This document shows positions 1 to 11,331 of a stretch of 64,000 nt of DNA, one piece after another; the stretch's first letter is position 1; each line of letters begins with the position of its first letter. The stretch lies in contig NC_086101.1 of assembly GCF_963921235.1 (NCBI RefSeq), positions 1,054,001 through 1,118,000 on the forward strand. Direction: 5' to 3'. The notes beneath the pieces are model-generated. The model had not been told where the DNA came from and made no database searches. It was given only the letters and a program-made list of their open reading frames with translations. A program made the position numbers and the translations under genes. Source of the stretch: Mobula hypostoma. Taxonomy: Eukaryota.

Positions 1-179
1 AGCGGGAGACTTTAAAAAGGGAGCACATTAACGGAGCGGGCGACGGAGCAGTGGGAGACAGAGTAGGAAGGCTTTGGCTTGAGAGGCCTCGGCGAGCAGA
101 GGCTGAGGACGAACTTGCTCCCAGTGAGATAAGGCCGGGTAAGTTCCTTTAATTAATCTAATTACCTTAGGAGTAGGTA

Positions 180-1228
180 ATGGAGGCAACAACTAGGTCA
201 ATCGAGTGCTCCATTTGCAGTATGTGGGAAGTCAGGGGCAGCACCATCGTCCCTGATGACTACACCTGTAAAAGGTGCATCCAGCTGCAGCTCCTGACAA
301 ACCGAGTTAGGGAACTGGAGCTGGAGCTGGATGAACTTCGGATCATTCAGGAGGCAGAGGCAGAAATAAACAAGAGTTACAGGGAGATAGTCACCCTAAG
401 AGTCAGGAGACAGGTAGCTGGGTGACTGTCAGGAGAGGGAAGGGGAATAGACAGAATGAGCAGAGCACCCCTGTGGCCGTTCCCACCAATAATAAGTATA
501 TCGTTTTGGATACTGTTGATGGGGACGACCTACCAGGGACAAGTTGCAGTGGTTGCGTCTCTGGCACCGAGACTGGATCTTCAGCTCAGAAGAGAAGGAG
601 GGAAAAGAGGAGAGCAGTAGTGACAGGGGATTCGATAGTTAGGGGGACAGATAAGAGGTTCTGTGGGAGAGATCAAGAATCCCGGATGGTCTGTTGCCTC
701 CCTGGTGCCAGTGTCCACGATATCTCGGATCGAATTCTCGGTATTCTCAGGAAGGAGGGTGAGCAGCCGGATGTCATCGTCCATGTTGGGACCAATAACA
801 TGGGTAGGAAGGAGGAGGAGGTCCTGCAAAGAGAGTTTAAGGAATTAGGTGTAAAGTTCAAATACAGGACCACCAGGGTAACAATCTCAGGATTGCTACC
901 CGTGCCACATGCTCGTGAGGCTAGAAATAGGAAGATAATGCAGCTAAATACGTGGCTAAGGAGTTGGTGCAGGAGGGAGGGCTTCATGTTTCTGGACAAT
1001 TGGGCCTTGTTCCAGGGAAGGTGGGACCTGTTCCGACAGGACAGGTTGCACCTGAATTGGAGGGGGACTAACATCCTTGCGGGAAGGTTTGCTAGTGCTG
1101 CTCCAGGGGGGTTTAAACTAGATTTGCAGGGGGAGGGGAACCAGAGTGTTAGAGCAGATAGTGAGGTGGAGGAGGATAAAGGTCATGCGAGAACTGCAAG
1201 AAAAGTGCATGAAGAAAGCCAGGTCTAA
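180..1228 (+). pseudogene. CR1 ORF1p (CxxC...CxxC zinc finger, coiled coil, SGNH esterase), split by a frameshift near 420
   Basis: ORF 180-425 has CSIC...CKRC and heptad-like LELELDELR. ORF 422-1228 has the SGNH blocks GDSIVRG, HVGTNN and DRLHLN. Confidence 0.88.
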
Positions 1229-1293
1229 CATATAGAGAGGCTTTAAGGAGAGAGAAGCAGAATAAACGGTGTAAAGACAGTAAGGTAGAAGGG

Positions 1294-4060
1294 CTAAAGT
1301 GTGTGTACCTCAATGCAAGAAGCATCAGGAACAAAGGTGATGAACTGAGAGCTTGGATACATACATGGAATTATGATGTAGTGGCCATTACAGAGACTTG
1401 GCTGGCACCAGGGCAGGAATGGATTCTCAATATTCCTGGATTTCACTGCTTTAAAATGGATAGAGAAGGGGGGAAAAGGGGAGGAAGGGGGCATTACTGG
1501 TCAGGGATACTATTACAGCTACAGAAAGGGTGGGTAATGTAGTAGGATCATCGTTTGAGTCAGTATGGGTGGAAGTCAGGAACAGGAAGGGAGCAGTTAC
1601 TCTATTGGGGGTATTCTATAGGCCCCCTGGTAGCAGCAGAGATATAGAGGAGCAGATTGGGACGCAGATTTTGGAAAGGTGCAAAAATAACAGGGTTGTT
1701 ATCATGGGTGACTTTAACTTCCCTAATATTGATTGGCACCTGATTAGTTCCAAGGGTTTAGATGGGGCAGAGTTTGTTAAGTGTGTCCAGGACGGATTCC
1801 TGTCACAGCATGTGGACAGGCCGACCGGGGGGATGCCATACTAGATCTAGTACTAGGTAATGAACCGGGTCAAGTCTCAGATCTCTCAGTGGGTGAGCAT
1901 CTGGGGGACAGTGACCACCGCTCCCTGGCCTTTAGCATTATCATGGAAAACGATAGAATCAGGAAAGACAGGAAAATTTTTAATTGGGGAAGGACAAATT
2001 ATGACGCTATAAGGCTAGAACTTGCGGGTGTGAATTGGGATGATGTTTGTGCAGGGAAATGTATTATGGACATGTGGTCGATTTTTAGAGATCTCTTGCA
2101 GGATGTTAGGGATAAATTTATACAGGTGCGGAAGATAAAGAATGGTAGGGTGAAGGAACCATGGATGACAAGTGAAGTGGAAAATCTAGTCAGGTGGAAG
2201 AAGGCAGTATACATGAAGTTTAGGAAGCAAGGATCAGATGGGTCTATTGAGGAATATAGGGCAGCAAGAAAGGAGCTTAAGAAGGGGCTGAGAAGAGCAA
2301 GAAGGGGGCATGAGAAGGCCTTGGCAAGTAGGGTAAAGGAAAACCCCAAGGAATTCTTCAATTATATAAAGAACAAAAGGCTGACAAGAGTAAAGGTAAG
2401 ACCGATTAGAGATAAAGGTGGGAAGTTGTGGCTGGAGGCTGTGGAAGTGAGCGAGGTCCTCAATGAATACTTCTCTTCGGTATTCACCAGTGAGAGGGAA
2501 CTTGATGATGGTGAGGACAATATGAGTGAGGTTGATGTTCTGGAGCATGTTGATATTAAGGGAGAGGAGGTTTTGGAGTTGTTAAAATACATTAGGACGG
2601 ATAGGTCCACGGGGCCTGACAGAATATTCCCCAGGCTGCTCCACGAGACGAGGGAAGAGATTGCTGAGCCGCTGGCTAGGATCCTTATGTCCTCGTTGTC
2701 CTCGAGAATGGTACCGGAGGATTGGAGGGAGGTGAATGTTGTCTCCTTATTCAAAAAAGGTAGTAGGGATAGTCCGGGTAATAATAGACCAGTGCGCCTT
2801 ACGTCTGCATGGGAAAGCTGTTGCAAAAGATTCTTAGAGATGGGATCTATGGGCATTTCGTGAATCATGGTCTGATCAGGGACAGTCAGCATAGTGTTGT
2901 GAAGGGTAGATTGTGTCTAACATGCCTGATAGAGTTACTTGAGGACGTGACCAGGCATGTAGATGAGGGTAATGCAGTGGATGTGATCTACATGGACTTA
3001 TTAAGGCACTTGACAAGTTTCCACATGGTAGGCTTATTTAGAAAGTCAGAAGGCATGGGATCCAGGGAGTTTGGCCAGGTGGATTCAGAATTGGCTTGCC
3101 TGCAGAAGGCAGAGGGTGGTGGTGGAGGGAGTACATTCAGATTGGAGGACTGTGACAAGTGGTGTCGCACAAGGATCTGTTCTGGGACCTCTACATTTCG
3201 TGATTTTTATTAATGACCTGGATGTAGGGGTAGAAGGGAGGGTTGGCAAGTTTGCAGATGACGCAAAGGTTGGTGGTGTAGTGGATAATCTAGAGGATTG
3301 TCGAAGATTGTGGAGAGACATTGATAGGATGCAGAAGTGGGCTGAGAAGTGGCAGATGGAGTTCAATCCGGAGAAGTGTGAGGTGGTACACTTTGGAAGG
3401 ACAAGCTCCAAGGCAGAGTACAAAGTAAATGGCAGAATACTTGGTAGTGTGGAGGAGCAGAGGGATCTGGGGGTACATGTCCACAGATCTCTGAAAGTTG
3501 CCTCACAGGAAGATAGGGTAGTTAAGAAAGCTTATGGGGTGTTAGCTTTCATAAGTCGAGGGATAGAGTTTAAGAGTCACGATGTAATGATGGAGCTCTA
3601 TAAAACTCTGGTCAGCCACACCTGGAGTACTGTGTCCAGTTCTGGTCACCTCACTATAGGAAGGATGTGGAAGCATTGGAAAGGGTACAGAGGAGATTTA
3701 CCAGGATGCTGCCTGGTTTAGAAAGTATGCATTATGATCAGAGATTAAGGGAGCTAGGACTTTACTCTTTGGAGAGAAGGAGGATGAGAGGAGACATGAT
3801 AGAGGTATAGAAGATAATAAGAGGAATAGATAGAGTGGATAGACAGCGCCCTCTTCCCCAGGGCACCACTGCTCAATACAAGAGGACATGGCTTTAAGGG
3901 AAGTTCAAGGGGGATATTAGGGGAAGCTTTTTTACTCAGAGGGTGGTTGCTGCGTGGAATGCACTGCCTGAGTCAGTGGCGGAGGCAGATACACTAGAGA
4001 AGTTTAAGAGACTACTAGGCAGGTATATGCAGGAATTTAAGGTGAGGGTGTTATATGGGA
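1294..4060 (+). pseudogene. CR1 ORF2p (apurinic endonuclease + reverse transcriptase), multiple frameshifts
   Basis: Consecutive ORF pieces 1303-1542, 1530-1844, 1781-2863, 2809-3213 and 3071-3721 carry APE and RT motifs in order. Confidence 0.9.
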
Positions 4061-4128
4061 GGCAGGGTTTGAGGGTCGGCACAACATTGTGGGCTGAAGG
4101 GCCTGTACTGTGCTGTACTATTCTATTT

Positions 4129-4478
4129 ATCCATGTAGCTGAGGCAGCAGAGACAGGATCAGCATGGGTGTGGACCAAGTATGTCCAGAGGGGCAGATAG
4201 TCAGACAGTATATACATATCTTGCAAACCCTTCAGTCGTTGCATAGACACCTGAAGAGCAGACTCTCTGTTGGATGAAAGTGACCAACAACTCTGATAGA
4301 GGCAGATGCCAAGTTTTTAAGCTCACCAGTGGGAGGTGGTGCTTTAGCACTGCTGGCCCACCACCTCGAGGGAGTCTTGATCATAAGCGGGCAGAAACTC
4401 CTGAAGACAGGTGGCAGATCAACTGATGATCCCAGTGGTGACAGGACAGTCAGCATCTTAGTCCACGTGTATTTTTAA
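4129..4478 (+). mobile_element. 3' fragment of a putative Hero-like (restriction-like endonuclease) non-LTR retrotransposon, inserted in the CR1 microsatellite tail
   Basis: Encodes VAEAAETGSAWVWTKY...stop (4135-4200), resembling the EAAExxSxWxW C-terminus I associate with Hero-type LINEs (recalled, not searched). CR1 TTCTAT tail units flank it on both sides. Confidence 0.5.
4361..4433 (+). ncRNA. Candidate hammerhead-like ribozyme with non-canonical strand order
   Basis: GGAG-TC (4371-4376) pairs with GAAA-CTCC (4394-4401); TTGATC (4377-4382) pairs with GATCAA (4417-4422), which directly precedes CTGATGA (4423-4429). Stem II is weak. Confidence 0.45.
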
Positions 4479-5041
4479 CTCTGTTCTATATTCTATGTTG
4501 GGATGCAAGTCATTTTTTCACTCTGCCTCAGCACCTGTACCGAGAACCATCGATCTGAATCCATTGGTGTTCACCAATATTCAGTAATGTGCTTAGACGT
4601 GGTAGGCCAGTGGCCCTGTTTTGGAGTCAATGGCTTTTGCAGTACTAATACAACATAACCCACATCATTCAATCTGGCATTATGCATAATGGCCTGAAGT
4701 ATCAGCTACAGGGGATCTGAGAGTGGTAATGAGGCTGACTTTCCGGGGGAGGGGGATATTGAGGTCTGCGTGTTTGGTTTATTTTCTTTTCGTGCCAGGA
4801 AGGGGGTTGAGTTGATGTTTTTTCTTTCATAAACGCTCATGGTCTTTCTGTATTTAATGCCTCTCTGGTGTAGACATACATCAGAGTTGTATTGTAATGT
4901 ATTCTTTGACAATAAAATGAACCTTTCAACCTTTAAACATTTTTTGAACTTTCCGGTAGTTCAATATGCTTCTGAAAAATGTAGTTTCAACAAAATATGT
5001 AGACAATTATATGGGATGATTCCATGCCAGATTGATAGAAT

Positions 5042-5088
<47 letters not shown>

Positions 5089-5103
5089 GTGTGTGTGTGT
5101 GTG
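5042..5103. repeat. (TA)n(CA)n(TA)n(TG)n microsatellite
   Basis: Directly visible dinucleotide runs, roughly palindromic. Confidence 0.95.
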
Positions 5104-5114
5104 AAACCAATGCT

Positions 5115-5350
5115 CTTACTCTGTATCAGAGCCTGTAATTTACAGAAAGAAATCTATTTTCCCAAGCTGTATCATAAACTGACAGGTACAGAAGGAACCC
5201 ACAATCTCACACTGTACGAGAGTCTGACAGATGCAGAATGAACCCTAGACTCTCACACTGTATCGCAGACTGACAGGTACAGAATTAATCCCACACTCTC
5301 ACACTGTACTAGAGACGGACAGGTACAGAATTAACCCCACACTCTCATAC
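5115..5350. repeat. 46-bp minisatellite (CTCTCACACTGTATCAGAGACTGACAGGTACAGAATGAACCCCACA-like), left part
   Basis: CTCTCA recurs at 5250, 5296 and 5342 (46-bp period); about 5 diverged units. Confidence 0.85.
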
Positions 5351-7533
5351 AGATGGAGGATGAAATAGACCTGAAACCAGTGTATTATGATTGAACAAGG
5401 GAGACTACAACAGGGTGAGGGAGGTGTTGGCTAAGTGGATTAGGAGCACGGACTATTTGGTAGGAGGGTTGAGGAACAGTGGAATACTTTCAAAGAGATT
5501 TTTCACAAAAATGTATTCCAGTCAAAAGTAAGGGGAGTAAGTGTGGGGAGTGCCAGCCTTGGATAACTAAAGAAATAAAAGATAGTATCAGATTAAAAGC
5601 CTGCGTACAAAGTCTCAAAGAGTAGTGGGAGACTGGAGGATTGGAAAAACTTGAAATAGCAACAAAGAACAACTAAACAAGAAATAAGGAAAGGGAAGAC
5701 AAAGTATGAAAGTAAATTAGCAGAGCATATAAAAACAGATAACAAAAGTTCTTATAAATATATAAAGCGGAAGAGGGTGGCTAAAGTCAACGTAGGTCCC
5801 TTGGAAGACGAGAAGGGGAAATTGATATTGGGTGATAAGGAAATGGCTGAGGCATTGAATGACTGTTATATGTCGGTCTTCACGATGGAGGACACGTCTA
5901 ATATGCCAAAGAAGGATGTTATGGACGAAATGGGAGGTGAGGACCTCGATAAAATCACCGTCACTAAAGAGATAGTGATGAGCAAACTAGATGGCCTGAA
6001 GGTAGGTACGTCCCCTGGTCCTGATGGGATGCATCCCCAGGGTGCTGAGGGTAATCATTTACCAAAATTCTCTGGACTCTGGGCAGCTCCTGGTGGACTG
6101 GAAGACAATAAATGTCACGCCACTTTTTAAAAAAGGATGTAGGTAAAGGACGGGCAACTCTAGGACAGTTAGCTTAACATCTGTAGTCGGGAAAATACTT
6201 GAAGCTGTCATTAAGGAAGAAATAGTGAAACATTTAGGAAGGGGTGGTTCCATTGGACAGACACGTAAAGGATTCAGAAAGGGCAGGTCCTGTTTGACAA
6301 GCTTACTGGAGTTCTTTGAGGACACAATGAGTGCAGTGGATAGAGGGGAACAAGTGGATGTTGTATACTTGGATTTCCAGAAGGCGTTCGATAAAGTCCC
6401 GCACAACAGACATAAATAAGATATGGATGCATGGAGTCAGCAGAAGTTTATTGGCATGGATAATTGATTGGCCGCAGAGAGATGGTAAAATTGGGTGTTT
6501 CTCCGGTTGGCAGTCAGTGGTGAGTGAGGTGTGGCGGGGTTGGTGCTGGGCCCGCAGCTGTTTACCATTTACATTGATGATTTGGAAGAGGGACTGAGTG
6601 TAGCGTAGCAAAATTTGCTGATGACACCAAACTGAGTGGAAAAGCACATTGTACAGAGGATGTGGAGAGTCTGCAGAGGAATATAGATAGGTTAAGTGAG
6701 TGGGCCAAGGACTGGCAGATGGAATACAACATTAGTAAATGCGAAGTCATCCACTTTGGAAGGAATAATAGAAGAGAAGATTGTTATTTAAATGGTGAAA
6801 GATTGTAGCATGATGTTGTGCAGAGGGACTTGAGAGTGCTTGTGTATGAATAGCAAAAGTTGGCTTGCAGGTACAACAGGTTATTAAGAAGGCAAACGGA
6901 ATGTTGGCCTTCATTGCTAGAGGGATTGAATTCAAGAGCAGGGAGGTCATGCTGCAACTATACAGGGTACTGGTGAGGCTGCACCTGGAGTACTGTGTGT
7001 AGTTCTGGTCTCCATACTTGAGGAAGGATATACTGGCTTTGGAGGCAGTGCAGAGGAGATTCACAAGGTTGATTCCAGAGATGAAGAGGTTAACTTGTGA
7101 GGAGAGATTGAGTCGCCTGGGATTATAGTCTCTGGAATTCAGAAAAATGAGACACACAAAATTTTGAAAGGCATAGATGAGATAGAAGCAGGAAAGTTGT
7201 TTCCATTGGTAGGTGATACTAGAACTAGGGGACATTGCCTCAAGATTCAGGGGAGAATATTTAGGAATGAGATCAGGAGAAACTGTATTTCCAAGAGAGT
7301 TGTGAATCTGTGGAATTTTCTGTGCAGGGAAGCAGCTGGGGCATCTTCACTAAATATATTTAAGATACAGTTAGACAGTTTTTTTACATAATAAGGGAAT
7401 TAAGGTTTGTGGGGAAGAGGCAGGTTGATGGATTTGAGTTTACGGACAGATCAGCCCTGATCTTATTGAATGGTGGGGCAGGCTCGACGGGCCAGATGGC
7501 CAACTCCTGCTCCTATTTCTTATGTTTTTATGT
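5351..7533 (+). mobile_element. 5'-truncated degenerate CR1 LINE (RT region + 3' UTR)
   Basis: RT fragments ([26 protein letters not shown]); 3' tail TTCTTATGTTTTTATGT at ~7517-7533. Confidence 0.88.
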
Positions 7534-8399
7534 TAACATAGAAAACATAGAAAATAGGTGCAGGAGTAGGCCATTCGGCCCTTCGAGCCTGCACCGCCAT
7601 TCAGTGTGATCATGGCTGATCATCCAACTCAGAACCCTGTACCAGCCTTCCCTCCATACCCCCTGATCCCTTTAGCCACAAGGGCCATATCTAACTCCCT
7701 CTTAAATATAGCCAATAAACTGGCCTCAACTGTTTCCTGTGGCAGAGAATTCCACAGATTCACCACTCTCTGTGTGAAGAAGTTTTTCCTAACCTCGGTC
7801 CTAAAAGGCTTCCCCTTTATCCTCAAACTGTGACCCCTCGTTCTGGACTTCCCCAACATCGGGAACAATCTTCCTGCATCTAGCCTGTCCAATCCCTTTA
7901 GGATTTTATACGTTTCAATCAGATCCCCCCTCAATCTTCTAAATTCCAATGAGTATAAGCCGAGTTCATCCAGTCTTTCATCATATGAAAGTCCTGCCAT
8001 CCCAGGAATCAATCTGGTGAACCTTCTTTGTACTCCTTCTATGGCAAGGATGTCTTTCCTCAGATTAGGGGACCAAAACTGCACACAATACTCCAGGTGT
8101 GGTCTCACCAAGGCCTTGTACAACTGCAGTAGTACCTCCCTGCTCCTGTACTTGAATCCTCTTGCTATAAATGCCAGCATACCATTTGCCTTTTTCACCG
8201 CCTGCTGTACCTGCATGCCCACTTTCAATGACTGGTGTATAATGACACCCAGGTCTCGTTGCACCTCCCCTTTTCCTAATCGGCCACCATTCAGATAATG
8301 CAAACAACAGGAATTCTGCAGATGCTGGAAATTCAAGCAACATACATCAAAGTTGCTGGTGAACGCAGCAGGCCAAGCAGCATCTATAGGAAGAGGTGC

Positions 8400-8435
8400 A
8401 GTCGACGTTTCAGGCCGAGACCCTTCGTCAGGACT
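8400..8435 (-). ncRNA. Minimal type I hammerhead ribozyme of the Penelope terminal repeat
   Basis: Minus strand reads AGTC-CTGACGA-AGGGTCTCGGCCT-GAAA-CGTC-GACT: intact core, 4-bp stem I, 3-bp stem II, palindromic ACGT stem III. Confidence 0.85.
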
Positions 8436-8732
8436 AACTGAAGGAAGAGTGAGTAAGGGATTTGAAAGCTGGAGAGGGAGGGGGAGATGCAAAATGATAG
8501 GAGAAGACAGGAGGGGGAGGGATAGAGCCGAGAGCTGGACAGGTTATAGGCAAAAGGGGATACGAGAGGATTATGGGACAGGAGGTCCGGGAAGAAAGAC
8601 GGGGGGGGGGAGGTTGACCCAGAGGATGGGCAAGAGGTATATTCAGAGGGACAGAGGGAGAAAAAGGAGAGTGAGAGGAAGAATGTGTGCATAAAAATGA
8701 GTAACAGATGGGGTACGAGGGGGAGGTGGGGC

Positions 8733-11087
8733 CTAGCGGAAGTTAGAGAAGTCGATGTTCATGCCATCAGGTTGGAGACTACCCAGACGGAATATAAGGT
8801 GTTGTTCCTCCAACCTGAGTGTGGCTTCATCTTTACAGTAGAGGAGGCCGTGGATAGACATGTCAGAATGGGAATGGGATATGGAATTAAAATGTGTGGC
8901 CACTGGGAGATCCTGCTTTCTCTGGCGGACAGAGCATAGATGTTCAGCAAAGCGGTCTCCCAGTCTGCGTCGGGTCTCACCAAAATATAAAAGGCCACAT
9001 CGGGAGCACTGGACGCAGTATATCACCCCAGTCGACTCACAGGTGAAGTGATGCCTCACCTGGAAGGACTGTTTGGGGTCCTGAATGGTGGTAAGGGAGG
9101 AAGTGTAAGGGCATGTGTAGCACTTGTTCCGCTTACACGGATAAGTGCCAGGAGGGAGATCAGTGGGGAGGGATGGGGGGGACGAATGGACAAGGGAGTT
9201 GTGTAGGGAGTGATCCCTGCGGAATGCAGAGAGAGGGGGGAGGGAAAGATGTGCTTAGTGGTGGGATCCCGTTGGAGGTGGCGGAAGTTACGGAGAATAA
9301 TATGTTGGACCCGGAGGCTGGTGGGGTGGTAGGTGAGGACCAGGGTAACCGTATTCCTAGTGGGGTGGTGGGAGGATGGAGTGAGAGCAGATGTACGTGA
9401 AATGGGGGAGATGCGTTTAAGAGCAGAGTTGATAGTGGAGGAAGGGAAGCCCCTTTCTTTAAAAAATGAAGACATCTCCCTCATCCTAGAATGAAAAGCC
9501 TCATCCTGAGAGCAGATGCGGCGGAGACGGAGGAATTGCGAGAAGGGGATGGCGTTTTTGCAAGAGACAGGGTGAGAAGAGGAATAGTCCAGATAGCTAT
9601 GAGAGTCAGTAGGCTTATAGTAGACATCAGTGGATAAGCTGTCTCCAGAGACAGAGACAGAAAGATCCAGAAAGGGGAGGGAGGTGTCGGAAATGGACCA
9701 GGTAAACTTGAGGGCAGGGTGAAAGTTGGAGGCAAAGTTAATAAAGTCAACGAGTTCTGCATGCGTGCAGGAAGCAGTGCCAATGCAGTCGTCGATGTAG
9801 CGAAAGAAAAGTGGGGGACAGATACCAGAATAGGCACGGAACATAGATTGTTCCACAAACCCAACAAAAAGGCAAGTATAGCTAGGACCCATACGGGTGC
9901 CCATAGCTACACCTTTAGTTTGGAGGAAATGGGAGGAGCAAAAGGAGAAATTATTAAGAGTAAGGACTAATTCCGCTAGACGGAGCAGAGTGGTGGTAGA
10001 GGGGAACTGATTAGGTCTGGAATCCAAAAAGAAGCGTAGAGCTTTGAGACCTTCCTGATGGGGGATGGAAGTATATAAGGACTGGACATCCATGGTGAAA
10101 ATAAAGCGGTGGGGGCCAGGGAACTTAAAATCATTGAAGTTTAAGAGTGTGAGAAGTGTCACGAACATAGGTCGGAAGGGATTGAACAAGGGGGGATAAA
10201 ACCGTGTCGAGGTATGCAGAAATGAGTTCGGTGGGGCAGGAGCAAGCTGGGACAATAGGTCTACCTGGACAGGCAGGTTTGTGGATCTTGGGTAGGAGGT
10301 AGAAACGGGAAGTGCGGGGTGTGGGAACTATAAGGTTGGTAGCAGTGGATGGGAGATCCCCTGAGCGGATAAGGTCAGTGATGGTGTGGGAGACAATGGC
10401 CTGGTGCTCCTTAGTGGGGTCACGATCGAGGGGTAAATAAGAGGAGGTATCCGCAAGTTGTCGCTGTGCCTCGGCAAGGTAGAGGTCAGTACGCCAGACT
10501 ACAACAGCACCCCCCTTATCAGCGGGTTTAATAATAAGGTTAGGATTAGTGCGGAGGGAGTGGAGAGCAGAGCGTTCCGAAGGAGTGAGGTTGGAATGGG
10601 GACAAGGTGCGGTGAAGTCGAGACGGTTGATGTTCCGTCGGCAGTTAGCGATAAAGAGATCCAGAGCAGGCAGAAGACCAGAGCGGGGTGTCCACGAAGA
10701 AGAGGAGGGTTGAAGACGGGAGAAGGGGTCATCGGTGGGGGTGGAAGAGTCCTTGCCGATGAAGTAGGCTCGGAGACGGAGACGGCGGAAGAAAAGTTCC
10801 GCATCATGGCGAACACAGAACTCGCTGAGGTGTGGGCGAAGGGGGACAAACGTGAGGCCCTTACTGAGGACAGAACGTTCTGCCTCCGGCAGTTGAAGAT
10901 CGGAGGGGATGGTAAAGACCCGGCACGGATGAGAGCTGGGATCAGAGGGGGGAGGGAGAGGCTGGGGGTGTCAGTGGAGAGGGGAGGGTTGGGGTGAGAG
11001 GAAGATGGAGCCTCTGAGGGCCCAGGAGTTGACGGTGGGATCTGAGGAAGACGGGGCTGCGGAGTGGTGGTGGGGGAAGGGGAGACT
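8733..11087 (-). pseudogene. Penelope RT-GIY-YIG ORF, frameshifted
   Basis: RT and GIY-YIG domains lie in different frames; the upstream part is broken. Confidence 0.85.
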
Positions 11088-11196
11088 ATTCAGATAATGA
11101 TCTGTTTTCCTGTTTTTGCCACCAAAGTGGATAACTTCACATTTATCCACATTAAATTGCATCTGCCATGAATTTGCCCACTCACGTAACCTATCC

Positions 11197-11331
11197 ATAT
11201 ACCTGCCTATTTTAGACAGGTATATGGAGGAATCTAAGGTGGGGGCTTATATGGGAGGCAGGGTTTGAGGGTCGGCACAACATTGTGGGCCGAAGGGCCT
11301 GTACTGTGCTGTACTATTCTATAACTTCTAT
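11197..11331 (+). mobile_element. Short CR1 3'-end insertion (same family as 1-4128)
   Basis: Matches 4015-4125 and ends in TACTATTCTATAACTTCTATA; interrupts family-B RT sequence. Confidence 0.88.

Larger units (their letters stand above)
1..4128 (+). mobile_element. Near full-length CR1-clade LINE (ORF1 + ORF2 + 3' UTR), frameshifted
   Basis: ORF1 zinc-finger/coiled-coil/esterase followed by APE (YLNARSIRNK, GDFNFPNIDW, SDH) and RT (GVAQGSVLGP, KFADD) segments. Ends in the CR1 3' UTR and a TACTATTCTAT tail; the tail resumes at ~4480-4499 after an insertion. Confidence 0.93.
8301..11087 (-). mobile_element. Penelope-like retroelement (probably Neptune-type), 5'-truncated
   Basis: RT (MDVQSLYTSIPH, GVAMGTRMGP, RYIDD) at 9056-10255 and GIY-YIG endonuclease (GVIYCVQCSRCGLLYFGET) at 8733-9059. 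Flanked by the 12-bp duplication ATTCAGATAATG at 8289-8300 and 11088-11099. Confidence 0.93.

Noticed and set aside
1303..3721. RT plus nuclease as a retron, DGR or bacterial defence system
   Set aside because: Motifs, ORF1 esterase and 3' microsatellite tails are those of CR1 LINEs; the window has spliceosomal introns and no prokaryotic features.
5115..5350. 46-bp repeats as a CRISPR array
   Set aside because: No spacers; a diverged tandem minisatellite in eukaryotic DNA.
7629..8492. 287-aa ORF as a novel fusion protein
   Set aside because: Chance in-frame join of the Penelope terminus with the CR1 RT C-terminus at the insertion junction.
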